NCBI GenBank assembly: GCA_964016885.1
Contig: OZ024743.1
Span: forward strand, 4,588,001-4,652,000
Direction: 5' to 3'
Length of the DNA stretch: 64,000 nt
Origin: Eledone cirrhosa
Lineage: Eukaryota
Part shown: one piece after another, positions 50,751-64,000 of the stretch
Layout of the letters: each line of letters starts with the position of its first letter
Position numbering within the stretch: position 1 is the first letter of the stretch
Translations under genes and position numbers: made by a program
Notes under the pieces: generated by a model
Databases searched by the model: none
The model's input: the letters and a program-made list of their open reading frames with translations, nothing else
What the model was told of the DNA's origin: nothing

Positions 50751-52844
50751 GTCCTTAAAGTTGATGGCAGTACCATACTCAATTCACTTCAACAAAAAAT
50801 TGTCAGTATAAAAGAAATGTTTTTAAATCTGTTGAGAACTCCACAAATTTACGAACAAATTCTCAACCATATGAACTCTTTGCAGATAAAGCCATCTGAT
50901 GCATCTAAAGAAAAGAACCATTTTCATGCAATACAGAAATAATGGAGGCATTATAATTTTGTAACCATCTTATCTGATTCTCAATAGATAATGAAGAATT
51001 TATATAGTTGAAAAGAGCTTTGCTCTCCTTTCTTGCACAAAAATTCCAGGCCAATAGATCAGCCAAATTTTTTATGGGCTAAGGAGGATGAACTTGTTAG
51101 AGTCTCAAATCAAATGACTTGCAGTATTTATTCTGGCTCCATGTGTTCTAAGTTCAAATCCCATCAAGATCGACTTTACCTTTCATTCTTCTGGGATTGA
51201 TAAAGTACTTGTCTAGAGCAATGAACCAGCAGAACCATTAAAACATTGATACTTTACAGTGTGTATTCTGAAATTAAATGCCACTATGAGCCACTTTTTT
51301 CAGTTTAACGTCACAGCTTGGCTGTTAGGTGCCTTTAGCACATTACATTCTGTTACAAGAATTTAAGCCAGATCTCCAGTTGATGGAGACTCTCCTCCGT
51401 CCCTCAGATCAGCTTTAGAGGTCAAGAAAAAAAATAAAGAATCATTGGCACTGTCTTTCCTCCTGATTAAGAGATAAAAAAATTATTCTATCACAATTAT
51501 CTATTTTCCAATCTTACTTGGGTTAGATGGGTTGTCACATTATGGATCAAGTCAGGTCCAGAGACTATGTCTTGCTCATATAGATCTGTATTTTGGCTTG
51601 GTTTCAGTGTGGACTGTGTGCATTTTATCATGTGTTACTACTATTGATAGTAGAGTGTTAAAAGTGGTATAGAGCTAGAATAGAAGCCTTTTAATATTTG
51701 ATATCATATCTCTATAAATTTACTTCAGATTCTGACTTTCATCCTGTCTGGATCAATAAATTACATGAAGAATCATTATGTACTTCTATATGGTATATTC
51801 CAAAGCAGTTTAGTGTTATAATTTTATCAGTATGACAATCAACACAATGCTGGCCAGTATCTATTTCTAGTCTTTACATTCTATATTTAAATACTATCAA
51901 AAGCCAATAAAATAATTAGCTGTCATGTACAGTTGAATCAATTTAATTGATTATTCTTTTGTTCAAAATATATGGCCTGATACAAATATTTAATCAATAT
52001 AATCATCTCTTTTTCATAATATTCATTCTATATGTATAAATGTATCATTTAAGTTTATGATAAAAATTCCTAGTCATTTATGTTATACTACATTACATTT
52101 ACTCTGAGATCATTTCCATCGGCATGGAACTATCTAGCAATTGAGTTAATCCGTCCTCTGGTCATTGACTGCTCCCTGCACCACTGATTATCATGTGATA
52201 TGACAAGAGGTGCAACAATTGCAGTTTATCCAGTTAGGCATTTATATATGCTAATGTTGAGATTGTCACATCACCTTAGTATAGTGTTTTATGCAGTTGT
52301 ATTATTTGCAATAGCTGCATGATTTATTTCCTGTAGTTGGCTCCATCATATTTTTTCTGTCATATTTCTCATGCATGATTTCATCATTTAAGTTTATCAT
52401 AAAAATCTTAATCATTATATTACAATGCATTGATATACACATACAGACTTGCATGCACACACGTGTGTTTGTGTATGCAAGTTTAAACATGACTAGTAGA
52501 ATTTTGCATTTAGTGTAAATACAGATCTTAACACAAGCTTTTATATTGTACAACTATGACACGCATCATATCAAATTACTAAATTCATTATGTACAGTTA
52601 CTTGACCAGCTAGAAATATCAACCAAATTATCCCTAATCATCTTATTAAAAAAATTGGGATGAATGACGTTTTTTTATTCTTTTAATATTTTACTGATTT
52701 TCAACATTATATTCTCAAATTATATAAATCAAATATTTTTATTTGTCACTACTTGCATATATATATATATCTGTCCAACCCTTGCTAGCAGGGAAATTGG
52801 ATGTTAAATGAGGATGATAATGATATTGATATATACATTTATAA

Positions 52845-53022
52845 AATGCACCCAGTACACTCTGTAAAATGTTTAATGTTAAGAAGAGCATGCAGCTGTA
52901 GAAACCATGCCAAAGATGGAAGATATGTGCAAAACATGGTCTCCTGACCTGTCTAGTCTCTGACTATGACAACCTTTCCAATCCATGCCACCATGGAAAA
53001 CAGGCATAAAGTGATGGTGATC
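52845..53022 (+). mobile_element. SINE family C fragment
   Basis: cacccagtacactctgtaaa...gcagctgtagaaaccatgcc...ccatgccaccatggaaaac. Confidence 0.7.
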
Positions 53023-53828
53023 ATACACACACATACTGTGAAAGCTTGTAGCTATTTTATTTTACAGACACTACTACTAAATCTTTTTTATTTGTTTTAA
53101 TGATTTGATCTGGAAGAAAAAACTGTACTCATGGCTTTGGTATGCTCTCTGGGACTTGTGAGATTGACACAGTTTAAACACCTGCAAGTTGCTGGCTGCT
53201 GGAAAAACATGTGCAAGCAGGGAATTTCAGAAGACTGACATTTTAGGCAGGAAGACTAGGAACAGGGCTGTACACAACATGGGGTAACAAGGACAGGTGA
53301 GTCTTTGAGTTTGAGTGTGTGTGAAATGTGACTGGGATGTGGGTGGGGGTTCTATTGTGGTAGCAATAGAAAAGGCAGGCTGAGAAGACAGCATATCTGT
53401 GATCCCAAGACCGGATGGTGTGTGTTTGTTGGCAAGTGATTTCATGTTAATCAGTCAGTCAAGCTGGAATGTCAGAATGCTCATTTCTTTATTTCCATTA
53501 TATCATTAATAGTGACCATTGTCTAATGATGCATATCTTTGGCTACAAAGCATAATTCCATTTATTAATCTTCTCTTTTCAATAACATAACTTTCTTATA
53601 TATATATATATAAAACACCAAAAACCCAAACAATATACTATGATGCTATTGTGACAACTTATTTACGTCTTGAAGAAGTACCATCCATAGATCCAACTAC
53701 TTAAACCTAATTAAAATATGGAAGATACAGAAATGTACATCACACAGTAAAGTAGAGAAATATAATTTCTTGTCCTTGTCTCATTTTGTGTGTGTGTGTT
53801 TATATATATATATATATATATATATTAT

Positions 53829-53910
53829 GTCAGGTCACCAGTTGGTGCTACTGATAACATGTATCCCAGTACAACCTGTCCCATGGTCGGGTCGTTGGCG
53901 ACTAAACTGG
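53829..53910 (+). ncRNA. HDV-like ribozyme candidate
   Basis: P1 gtcaggt/acctgtc, P2 ccagt/actgg, P3 gtgct/agtac, CC-GG P1.1, P4 tcg-ttgg-cga, J4/2 CTAA in HDV order; L3 atypically long. Confidence 0.5.
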
Positions 53911-54210
53911 CAACCCCACCAAGGTTTCTTGGTGAGGAGGGTGACTTAGGACATCCTGCAGGACTAAAAACAAAACCTGTCAAAAGGCAAAGGATCTCTT
54001 AAGAGTCACCGGGAGAGATGACCCTTTAGCCTTTGTCAAGGTAGAATTCTAGGAGAAGGAAAACTCTGATATAACACCTGCAACCCTGATGGTATCCAAT
54101 GATGTTGACTTGTTCTTCTTTTTGGTAAATATCATCTTGGTTAAGAGAGTGGGACTGGCTCCTACATGGATATAAAGTAGTGGCCGTACTCAAAAAAGAG
54201 TTGGCAGCCA
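53829..54210 (+). mobile_element. RTE-clade 5'UTR fragment
   Basis: gtcgttggcgactaaa motif and ctaggagaaggaaaactctga block recalled as typical of RTE 5' ends. Confidence 0.6.
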
Positions 54211-54673
54211 CCATATATATATATATATATGTGTTGTGTGTTTTGTCTCTCATCTCTTACTCCACTGGACAGCGTTTGGCTTATATCAGACGCAATGACC
54301 CTGGATAGACCAGCAGTACTGTTGTTAGTGTCCTTCATTTGACATTTTATTTTTTTTAAATAATTTTTTAAGGGTTCACCTTAAAAATTGTGCATATTGT
54401 TATACATGGGAGTGGGTTTGAGAATCAATCTAAAGGGTATGATTATCTTTTGTTTTACTTTGTTTAGTGTGGTATACATATTGTAGATTAGGTCGTGTTC
54501 AGGTGTTTCAACAGTATTTGTTTGGATCATGGGTAGTGTTGAATTGGAGACATTTCCTTTGTATTTATGATAAGATATATAATCATTATGGTTTATATGT
54601 AAATATATATACATTTATGTTTAATGGTTTACTACTGGATAGAACTAATCATTCTGTTTAGTTAACCATGATA

Positions 54674-54856
54674 CAGGTAAAATTCTGTTATAACGAATAC
54701 CATTATAACAAATTTTTCAGTATAACAAATTTTTTTTCAATCCCGAGGTAATAACAAATGCTCAATTTGTTTCGGTTGCTCTCGTTATAAAGAATTTTTT
54801 CGTTACAACAAATTTTTTTTATACCCCGTTAATTTTGTTATAACGGAATTTCACTG
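54674..54856. mobile_element. Tc1/pogo (Tigger-like) MITE
   Basis: TA-caggtaaaattctgttataac...gttataacggaatttcactg-TA; internal gttataac repeats. Confidence 0.8.
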
Positions 54857-55619
54857 TAGACTGTAGTAGGAAAAGCATTTGTTGAATGTTGAATCCTGTG
54901 CAGGAATAAAATTAGATATTGTAAAGGAATATCACCAGCTCGACCTCCTGTTGTTTTAATCAAACCTATATATATACACCTCACTCACATGCACATATAT
55001 AGAGAGGCATGAGTTTACATGCAAAAGAACATGCTCAATATGCTTTGTATAGTTTATATTTGTATAAATCAGTTGATTCAAAATTTCATTACTTCAAGTT
55101 TCACAGAAAGGAACAGAAGTGTATTTTCTCACTCCTATGAAACTTTAAGAAATGTAATTTCAAGTCAAACCATTTATGTAAACAAATATATATATATATA
55201 TAAAATATATATATATGAACTTTTAATGATATTTTTGAATTTGTCATAATAATTATATTGTAAGGTAGAATTAATTTTACCTAGTGTTATCAGTTCTTGT
55301 ATTGATTTTGAAACAGTTAAAGACTATGTGAACTTTGACATAATTGATACTGATTATCTATCTAACAGCTCATCAAATATAGTCTAATGAATTTTCAGTG
55401 GTTTATTCTGTTTTTCTTTTCACTATATTTGAGAATATTGGTTACAATATAAAAATTGTGTATGCTAACTCTTACTACTAAAAAGTATTTAAGTTTAATT
55501 TTCAAGCCTGTTTGTTGAGCTTTACTTTATAAAATATGTGAAAATATATATAAAATTCATGCAAAACCATGACATTTTCTTTGGCTGATAGCGAATACAA
55601 ATGTGATAGCAAATACAAG

Positions 55620-55998
55620 TGGCTGGAATGAAGTTCCTCTGAAGGATCTTTAAAGTAACATTACTCAGTAGAGTGCATAGCACAGTAGAGGGAAATTGCT
55701 CCAGGTAGAGCTGCTACTTCTCCGAATTGAGAGATCACAGCACCGATACTACAGACATGTGGTAATCTAAGGAAAGAATTGCTGGACAGATATTGGGGTG
55801 AAAACCAACCGGCGGGAGATTCAGGGATAGACCCTGAGCAAAATGGTTGGATAACATCCATGAGCTTGTCTGGTCTGACTCACTTGGAGATCTTGCCAGA
55901 TCAATTGGAGACAGGTGCTTCTGACAGAACATGTTGAAAGGTGTGTTTGAGGACTCTGCCCCCATGACAATCCCAGGAATAAGTGAGCAAAGAAGAAG
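55620..55998 (+). mobile_element. RTE family R1 3' end
   Basis: Aligns with 17578-17937; aagaagaag tail. Confidence 0.82.
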
Positions 55999-56358
55999 TT
56001 TTATGAATTTGGAGATTTTCGTTCAATTTTTGTTTAAGAAATAAAAATTGATAGAATGCAATACAAGCCATGACATTCTTATCTGTGAAAGTTTTGAAAA
56101 GAATTTGGCAGTGTTGATTAAATATAGTTTTACGATGTTACTTATATTCAACATTTATTCTTTTGGTACTTAAGAATCTCAACTGTAGAAAAAGTTGAAA
56201 CATTCGCTCATGTTGAGTAAAACAAAAAAAAATAAATTGGAGATTTTTTCTTTCAGACTTTGCAGTTGTTTAGTTGGAATTTGATTCCTATTCTATTTTT
56301 AGCTTATTATCATAAATTTAATCTTGAAGGCACATTTGTCATTTTTTTTTATCTTTAA

Positions 56359-56568
56359 CCCTTTAGCATTTAAAAAGCGGCCATATCCGGCCAGAATTCT
56401 TCCACCTCTTTCTGTTCAAACCGGTCATAACTGGCCACTCATACCAACATTAATGTATTGTTCTCAAAATAAATAATATCAGCATAATGTAGATTCGATA
56501 TTATGTGAGATAAAATATTTACTGTGAAAATACAATAGTAAATATAGAGTAATGTAAATGCTAAAGGG
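56359..56568 (+). mobile_element. piggyBac-type MITE, intact
   Basis: 14-bp TIR ccctttagcattta/taaatgctaaaggg; TTAA TSD. Confidence 0.92.
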
Positions 56569-57134
56569 TTAAATTATCTAGCTGTGCTAAGTTTATAGTA
56601 AATGTGCTATCTGTGATAATTTTTTTTATCATAGCTCATGTCTGATATTATAACTTCTCAGATTTGGTTGAATCATATCATTTGGTTTGAGCTATAACTT
56701 AATTTCAAATTTCTAGCTTTTGTTATTTAATGACCCTGCTTTACTAAACATTAATAAATATTAAATCTATAAACTAACAATGAAAGGCTGATGTGGAATT
56801 TCTTTTTTTGTTTGTTTTTTAGTAAATTATATTTATTGAAATTATATTTGCAGCTTGTATTTTTTACAAATCAAATATGATCTAATGTTTTGTTATTATA
56901 TCATGAATTTGTTTTGTTATTTGTATGCTGAAATTGGATTGATTTAACAACTTTTTGTTCAAATTAAATAAAAGATAGTTTTCTTGATTGATGATTAATT
57001 TGTTAATGAGTTTTAAAATGAAATAAGGAGAAACTAGTGTTCATTAAAGTTATCTCAGCATAAAAATCTAAGTTAGATAATGCTTTGAATCATTTTCTTA
57101 TTCTTTTCATTGTTTTGTATGTGAATGCACACAC

Positions 57135-57455
57135 ATGTATTGTGTTGGTGCAACAATAAAATATGCCCAGCCATCTTTGTAAAGAGGTCACATTAGTGCC
57201 ATGATAAAACACACTTAACCCCTGCTGTAAAGAGATAGTGTTGGTGCCACAATAAAAAAGAAAACATTCATTCCACCCTGTAAGGTGGTAATGAGTGTGC
57301 CATGATAAAATACTCCCACTATGCTCTGTAAAGTGGTTGATGTTAGGAAGGGCACCCAGCTTTAGAAACCAATCTAAAAACGGAAAATATAAACAAGATG
57401 TGGTCACCTGTCTTGTCTAGCCTCAGAATGTGACAACCCATCTAACCCATACAAG
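57135..57455 (+). mobile_element. SINE family C with internal tandem subrepeats
   Basis: Repeated ggtgcca.ataaaa..ccca....ctgtaaag units then gttgatgttaggaagggcacccagc. Confidence 0.7.
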
Positions 57456-57656
57456 CAATTAAGGCCTTTGTACAATTTATTAATGTAATTATTAGTATTT
57501 CACAACATTCCAGCCCATACCAGTATGCTACAAAAGAAGAAAGGGAATTTGTAGCTTTAACTAAAGAAGAAAGGAAACTAGGAGCAAAAATTCAGGAGAT
57601 AGAATATATACTTCAGCAGGGGCTCCATTTTAAATAAAATTTATTTATGGCTTTAA

Positions 57657-57846
57657 CGTTTTACATCATTTTATATTTACTATTGTATTTCCACAATAAA
57701 TACTTTATTTCACATAATATCGAATCTACGAGTTTTTGATATTATTTATTTTGAGAACAATACCTTAACATATGTATGAGCAGCCGGGTATGGCAGTTTA
57801 AAGAGAAAGAGGTGAGAGAATTGTGGCCGGTTTAAATGTTAAAGGG
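57657..57846 (-). mobile_element. piggyBac-type MITE
   Basis: Body reverse-complements 56359-56568; aaaggg-TTAA end. Confidence 0.75.
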
Positions 57847-58025
57847 TTAAGGAATAAATAATAGATAAACGTTCATAGAAGACGTTTATAGTTTTAACAC
57901 GGATATTTATTTAACGAACATTATTACTTTTTAACATCAGACTTAAAAGATATTGTTTAAAGATTTCTTTCATAAAATTACACCTTCACTTTTTTATAGT
58001 CATTGATTTCTATTATTATTTTTTA

Positions 58026-59022
58026 GTATCGGTAGAGGGTCGGACGCCATGCTTTGACGCATAGAGTTACGGCCCTTGCCATTCTGAGTTCAAATCCCGC
58101 CGAGGTTAACTTTGTCTTTCATCCTTATGGGGTCGATAAAATAAAGTACCAGTAATACACTGGGTAATTGCTGGCCTTGTGCCAAAAGTAGAAACAATTA
58201 TTTTTTTTTTACTGTGGATTGGCAGTATCGGTAGAGGGTCGGACGCCATGCTTTCCAGCATAGTTACGTCCCTTTACGATCTGAGTTCAAATCCTGCCGA
58301 GGTTGACTTTGCCTTTCATCCTTACGGGGTCGATGAAATAAAGTACCAGTAATACACTGAGTAATTGCTGGCCTTGTGCCTAAAGTAGAAACAATTATTA
58401 TTTTAATGTAAATAAAATGTTTGCTGAAAAATATTCCTTTTAAAACTTAATACTGAAAATAATTCAGGGGAAATAACTTTGCAGGAATCAAAATATATTT
58501 AGTTTCGTAATGGAAGATTGAGTTGTTTATAAGATTTCATATTCAAAAGGATTAAATTCAATTTTTGTTCCTATTATTTGTGAGCAAGTCTATATATTCT
58601 ACTATATAATTGTTTCTACTTTAGGCACAAGGCCAGCAATTACCCAGTGCATTACTGGTACTTTATTTTATCGACCCCGTAAGGATGAAAGGCAAAGTCA
58701 ACCTCGGCGGGAGTTGAACTCAGATCGTAAAGGGACGTAACTATGCTGGAAAGCATGGCGTCCGACCCTCTACCGATACTGCCAATCCACCGCCCTTATA
58801 TATTCTACTATATAATGATTTCTAGTATAGGCACAAGTCCAGCAATTGGGGGGGGGGGGTGATTAAATCGACCCAGTACGTTACTGGTGCTTTATTTTAT
58901 CGATTCCGTAAGGATGAAAGGCAAAGTTAACCTCGGCGGGATTTGAACTCAGATCGTAAAGGGACGTAACTATATGCTGCAAAGCATGTCCGACTCTCTA
59001 CCTATACTGCCAATATACCGTC
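58026..59022. mobile_element. Four SINE family A copies: two plus (58026-58201, 58215-58400), two minus (58608-58795, 58815-59022)
   Basis: Direct reading; TSD tatattctactatataat flanks the third copy. Confidence 0.92.
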
Positions 59023-59382
59023 CTATTCTCCTATATAATGAGATATAACGCAACCATTGCGAGTTGGGTATTCTGTTGTTTAGTTTTAATCTTAAAGGGA
59101 GATAACACTTGTATAGTTTGTTTATAGCGATGTTTTATTTCAGCGTTAAATGAAGTATGAAATTAAATTCCTTATACACACACACATACATATATATATA
59201 GTGTATAATGATGTCGTAATAACCAACCGGAGCACTAATTGTATGTAAATTAGTACATCTATTTCAGATATATATACAGACGTGAATCTAAACTTGGAGT
59301 GCTCACTACAGTAACTTCACTTTACACTCCCTGGATATATAATTCTATACGTTGATAAAACAACAGTAACGTGTGTTCAGAT

Positions 59383-59572
59383 ATTTAAACCGGCCAGAAT
59401 TCTCTCACTTCTTTCTATTCAAACCAGCTGCACTGATCACTCATACTGATGATAGGGTATTGTTCTCTAAATAAATAACACCAAAATCTCGTAGATTTGA
59501 TATGTGAGATAATTATGTAAGATAAAGCCTTTACCACAAAAATACAATAGTATATATAGTAAATGCTAAAAG
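59383..59572 (+). mobile_element. piggyBac-type MITE remnant
   Basis: ccggccagaattctctcac...taaatgctaaa. Confidence 0.7.
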
Positions 59573-60046
59573 CTCAAATGTGGTTTATTCTATATTCAGA
59601 TTAGCGACGAGTATTTCAGAGGTAAATCCAGTTGGTATACTTCCGGTCATCTTAGATTTATAATCACAGAGCATATATATGTGTAAGATTTTATTTGTGA
59701 ATATGTTTGTATGTTTGTTATTTTAATATTTGATTTTCAGGCGTATTCCAAAGAATTCTCCCCAGATAACGGAATTTCTTCCAATATTACTTGTCATACT
59801 TTATTGAGATAATTGGTATTGTTTTTAATTCCAGAAATTACAGTTGGAGACCTGATATGGGCTAAACTGACTTATTTTAGTTTGTCCAACTCATACCGTT
59901 ACATGCAAGAATTGCATCGTTGGTTTAAATTAAATAAATTTCCCAGAGTGTCACGTAGTTGGACTGAATCTTAAACCATGCTTTATATATATATATATAT
60001 ACTATACCAATTATGTTGTTATTTCTGTTTACCTTTTACATATATA

Positions 60047-60237
60047 TTACCCACTCTACTACCTCAAGTATCAAGTACTCTGGTGAGTAATGGTCTAACT
60101 GGTTTTTACCGCTTCCAATCGATACTTGAGGTAGTAGAGTGGGTAATATGAAAAAATTCGGGACCCCGACGGCTGAGTTCAGATCTAGCTTTTGAAACGG
60201 CGGTCGGAGCTTAGCCGTCGGGGTCCTGAATTTTTTC
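60047..60237. repeat. Double hairpin of the 14975-15138 family
   Basis: attacccactctactacctcaagtatc/gatacttgaggtagtagagtgggtaat and gaaaaaattcgggaccccgacggct/agccgtcggggtcctgaattttttc. Confidence 0.85.
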
Positions 60238-60392
60238 ACACACATACATATATATATATATAAAAGTAAAGGAAATCGAAAATGCAACTGGAGTCTTTTT
60301 AAGAATATTTATTCATTTCCTTTACCAGTTTCACAGTTCTTATGCTTTTTAAAAGTAAAATTCAGATGGCGGGTTTGTCTCGCATCTATATC

Positions 60393-60433
<41 letters not shown>

Positions 60434-60984
60434 GTGTGAGTGTGTATATGCATCTATGTATATATGTATGTATTTATGTAAGTATGTATGCATGTAATGT
60501 ATGTATGTAAGTATGTATAACGTTAAAAAAATGTACTAACTTCATATCCACTTCAGTCAATCAATATACTTCGCCATTGTTGTCATCTTTGTCATCATCT
60601 AAATATTTCATATAAAGTTAAATAAGTTAGCATTTCAAAGCGCTTGATAGAATGAATGAATCTTTATAGCTCAATAAAAAATATAAATCAATTAGAATAA
60701 CAAAGATGTGGGTTGAAATTATTCCTATCCAGATGATAATGTCGGATCATGGAAATTCCGGAGAATTGGCTAAGCTATTTGACAAGAAATCCATTAATTA
60801 ACAGAGAAGATGTGACATTAATCAAATGTACAGAAGCTAGGAAAAAAGAATATTTGAATAGGAATTTTTTGGATTCCATTTGATAAACTGTCTCCATCAA
60901 ATTGAATACTATTACATTTAATTACCATTAATATGAGCATATAAATTGTTTATGATATCGTAAGAGAATTATATAGAGCGGTAA

Positions 60985-61060
60985 TTCTTCTTCTTCTTTT
61001 TCTTCTTCTTCTTCTTCTTCTTCTTCTTCTTCTTCTTCTTCTTCTTCTTCTTCTTCTATT
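60985..61060. repeat. (TTC)n microsatellite
   Basis: Direct reading. Confidence 0.95.
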
Positions 61061-61389
61061 ATTACTATTATTATTATCATCATCTTTGTTGTTGAGTCTC
61101 TTGAGACGTGTGTACTCATTGCTCCGTAAGTTTTGTTAGTTTTCACCCATTTAAATTGGTATTTTGTTATATTTGTGTTGTTGTTGCAAAGAGGACATAA
61201 GACGCCAGACTTTGACCTGAAGAAGAGGATCCCTATAATATTTGGGCCAATAGCCCAAATATATGAATTTAAATCTAAAATTTACGCCCACAAATTTTCC
61301 TCGAGAAAATGCGTACGTCATGACACCAATCCAAATGGCAAATAGTGATAGTAACACCACTACAGACATCACCAACAGGGACATCGTCG

Positions 61390-61575
61390 ACACCAATAAC
61401 AACCACAACAACAGCAGTAGCAGAAACAACCACGACAAGGACAACAGCAACAGCAACGACAATAAAAACAACAGCAACAATAACTGCAACAGCAAAACAA
61501 CAAAACGTCTACATCAACAATAGCAACAGCAACGGCAACAACAACAATGGCAAAGACAACAACATCAACAACAAT
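61390..61575. repeat. Degenerate (CAA/CAG)n tract
   Basis: Direct reading. Confidence 0.9.
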
Positions 61576-61649
61576 ATTTATTCCATGTGGACTTGATTAG
61601 GAGGGAAGAATATTTGGCTCAGGTAGCAAAACTTGTAAAAGTGGACAAA

Positions 61650-63095
61650 AGCTGACTTGATTCTTTCACCGTTTGGTAGTTCAATTCCATCCCACTATAC
61701 CATCTTTCCCTGCTTCGTCTCCATCATTGCACACTTTGAAATGCCAAACTCCATCACAATATCTTCAGAAATTATTCTGATTGTTTGCACTAAAGTGTCT
61801 AGCTCTTCTACATTACGAGTGTATAGTTTTAAATCATCCATAAACAATAAATGATTGAAGTTGCACCTATCTTTCCCTAGTCTGTATCCTATTGGTACGC
61901 TTTTAAGAACAACTGGCAGTGGTAACATCGCAACAGCAAACAAAATTGGTGATAAACTGCCTCCTTGGAAGATGCCCCACTTTATCTTAACTTCACCTAA
62001 TCTTTATCAAGCTGATATCAGTTCTACTTTACATTTAGCCATTGATTTTTCTATAAGGCTCTTAGTGTTGTCTGATACATTAAAAATATCCAAAGAGTGA
62101 AGAATCCAAGAATGTGGCACCACGTCATATGCCTTCTTGTAGTCAATCCAAGCAAGAGACAGATTGGGGGGCCTCTTTATGCAGTTCTTCAGTACCAGTT
62201 TACCAATCATCAGTTTGTCTTCCTTTTCTCGGCTATTAAGTCTACATCCCTTCTGCTCATCATGTGAGCAGATTTTCTCTCTGCAAGTTTGTATACATTT
62301 CTTCAGCTAATATTCCTGATTGGAACTTCCACAACAAAGGAAGACATGTAAAAGGTCTGAAATCTGAAACTTCGTTCCCCTTACTCTCATCCTTTAGTAT
62401 CAAACATGTGAGTTCTTTTGTCGTCCACATTGGTGTTTCTCCAGAACGTAACACTTCACCTGTGTAGTTATTACTTCATGTAGGTTGTTGAAGTTTTTTA
62501 ACCAGTGTCATTTACATGATCTGGCCTACTTTCTTTCCAGTTTAGCATCTTCTGCAACTGGGTTTTCACCATCTCTTTTATTATTTCGATGTTTCCCAGC
62601 TTTCTTTATCCAACCTGCCTTATCATTGTGTTGAACAGATTTGCTCCAGATGTTATACCGAAAAGCAATGCTTTCTTCTGATTCTGGTCTTACATCATTG
62701 TTCCTTTCAATTCCTTCCAGTTTCTCAAACAATCTTTTTGGGGTTATTTCTTTCTTCGTAGTTCTTTAGTTTTGCAGTCTTTGCTTTTATTTGTTATTTC
62801 ACCTCCTCCACCATGCATTAATTCACTTATTCTTCACATGATATTGTCTTTCCACTACTCCTTTTTTCCATTAGTTCTCCCATTTTTCATTCCTCCAATT
62901 TGCTTAGATCCTTTCTCAATTTTGTAACACTGTCCTGAATCCTTCTCTTCCTCCGTGGCTTCCTGTTAGTCTCTTTTCGTTTTTTCAATTCCCAACAAGC
63001 CAGCTATAACATTTGCCCCAGCAAGTATTAAAAGATTTGTATCACTAATGTTTTCCGTTTGTATTGCGCTTATGACTTCGTTGACAAGCTTCTTC
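61650..63095 (-). mobile_element. Degenerate R4/Dong(NeSL)-like non-LTR retrotransposon RT region
   Basis: DFRPFTCLPLLWK; AWIDYKKAYDVVPHSWI; GIFQG; NHLLFMDDLKLY...MEFGISKCA; frameshifted. Confidence 0.88.
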
Positions 63096-63678
63096 CTATG
63101 TGCATTCATAAAGCGCTAAAGTCACGAGGATCACAGCTATTATGTGTTTTTACTTCTGTAACCCATCATAAGCAACACGGTTTCTGCTGCTACCTAATTT
63201 CTTATGTAGCCACAAGGTTTCATATTTATAAAAGTGAATCAAAATCACTATATTAATAGCTGTAAGTAAAATAAAATAGATATGATAAAGTTGGACTTAC
63301 TAAATGACCTACATTATTTGGTGCTTGTCAAAGGATCACCAATAGTTTGGCAAGTGAACTCGAAAACCTTCGTTTCTAAAAACTCTCATACCTGAATAAA
63401 ATTTAAATTTAATGAAGTATTTTATGAAAGGGTGCTTCGGTTTTTTACTCTTTATTTTATATTATGGTCTTATATATATATAGAATGACGTTTACAAAGT
63501 TAAATATAGGTAGATTCCTAGTAAAGCTACCTAAAATAAGCTTGTTTTACTGTTAATCTCGCCATTTCCTATATATCAGTGACAAATAACTTTCTGTATA
63601 TAAGAAGAAATCGCCAAAAAGCTTTCTGGCGATTTCATCACCGAATTGAAACAGAACTAGTCTTGTAAATGGCACTTC

Positions 63679-63740
<62 letters not shown>

Positions 63741-64000
63741 ATCAACAGTATGATTTTATGGTATTTGAACTTAGGTTTGTAAGTCTTCTTGAACAGATTT
63801 CTTGAATACTATTTGGGTAAAAACAAACATTTAAATTCACAAATTGATTTAAAGGTACTTGATATTTCCTTCTCCACCAGATAATCACGTAGCTGGCTTA
63901 TGGTAATAGATTAATCTATTAATGAGAAGATAATATACTAACGTAAACATATCTGCTGTGATAAACAAAGATTGCATATGAAAATTAATCAGTTTAGTTA

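Noticed and set aside
53870-53945. Twister ribozyme (GTCCCA...GAGGAGGG resemblance)
   Set aside because: Lacks the UAA-P2 and T2 elements; HDV-like fold fits better
59595-59670. Minus-strand AAGATGA...GAAA motif
   Set aside because: Core and stems too degenerate to support a ribozyme call
61151-61596. Leu-, Asn- or Thr-rich ORFs
   Set aside because: Degenerate (CAA)n tract; no splice or codon support

Overview
AT-rich eukaryotic DNA saturated with microsatellites; the SINE and LINE repertoire suggests a coleoid cephalopod, probably Octopus (inference). Two host genes lie head-to-head around a CpG-retaining interval at ~36-37.8 kb. One is a two-exon mitochondrial transcription-termination-factor (mTERF)-like gene on the minus strand (35997-36008 + 28059-29192). 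The other is an ankyrin-repeat/SOCS-box (ASB-like) gene on the plus strand (42459-42633 + 43594-44717). The rest is mostly transposon debris: tRNA-derived SINEs, degenerate RTE, CRE and R4/NeSL-like LINEs, two non-autonomous Helitrons, and piggyBac, hAT and Tc1/pogo MITEs. The most striking unannotated signal is in the first ~22 kb. More than ten sequence-diverse type-I hammerhead ribozyme motifs, most with very short or palindromic stem III, sit in inverted-repeat fragments embedded in (TA)n tracts, next to a Penelope-like (YRDD, Naiad/Chlamys-type) RT fragment. An HDV-like ribozyme candidate marks the 5' end of an RTE 5'UTR at 53.8 kb. All structures were read by eye; none was computed or tested.
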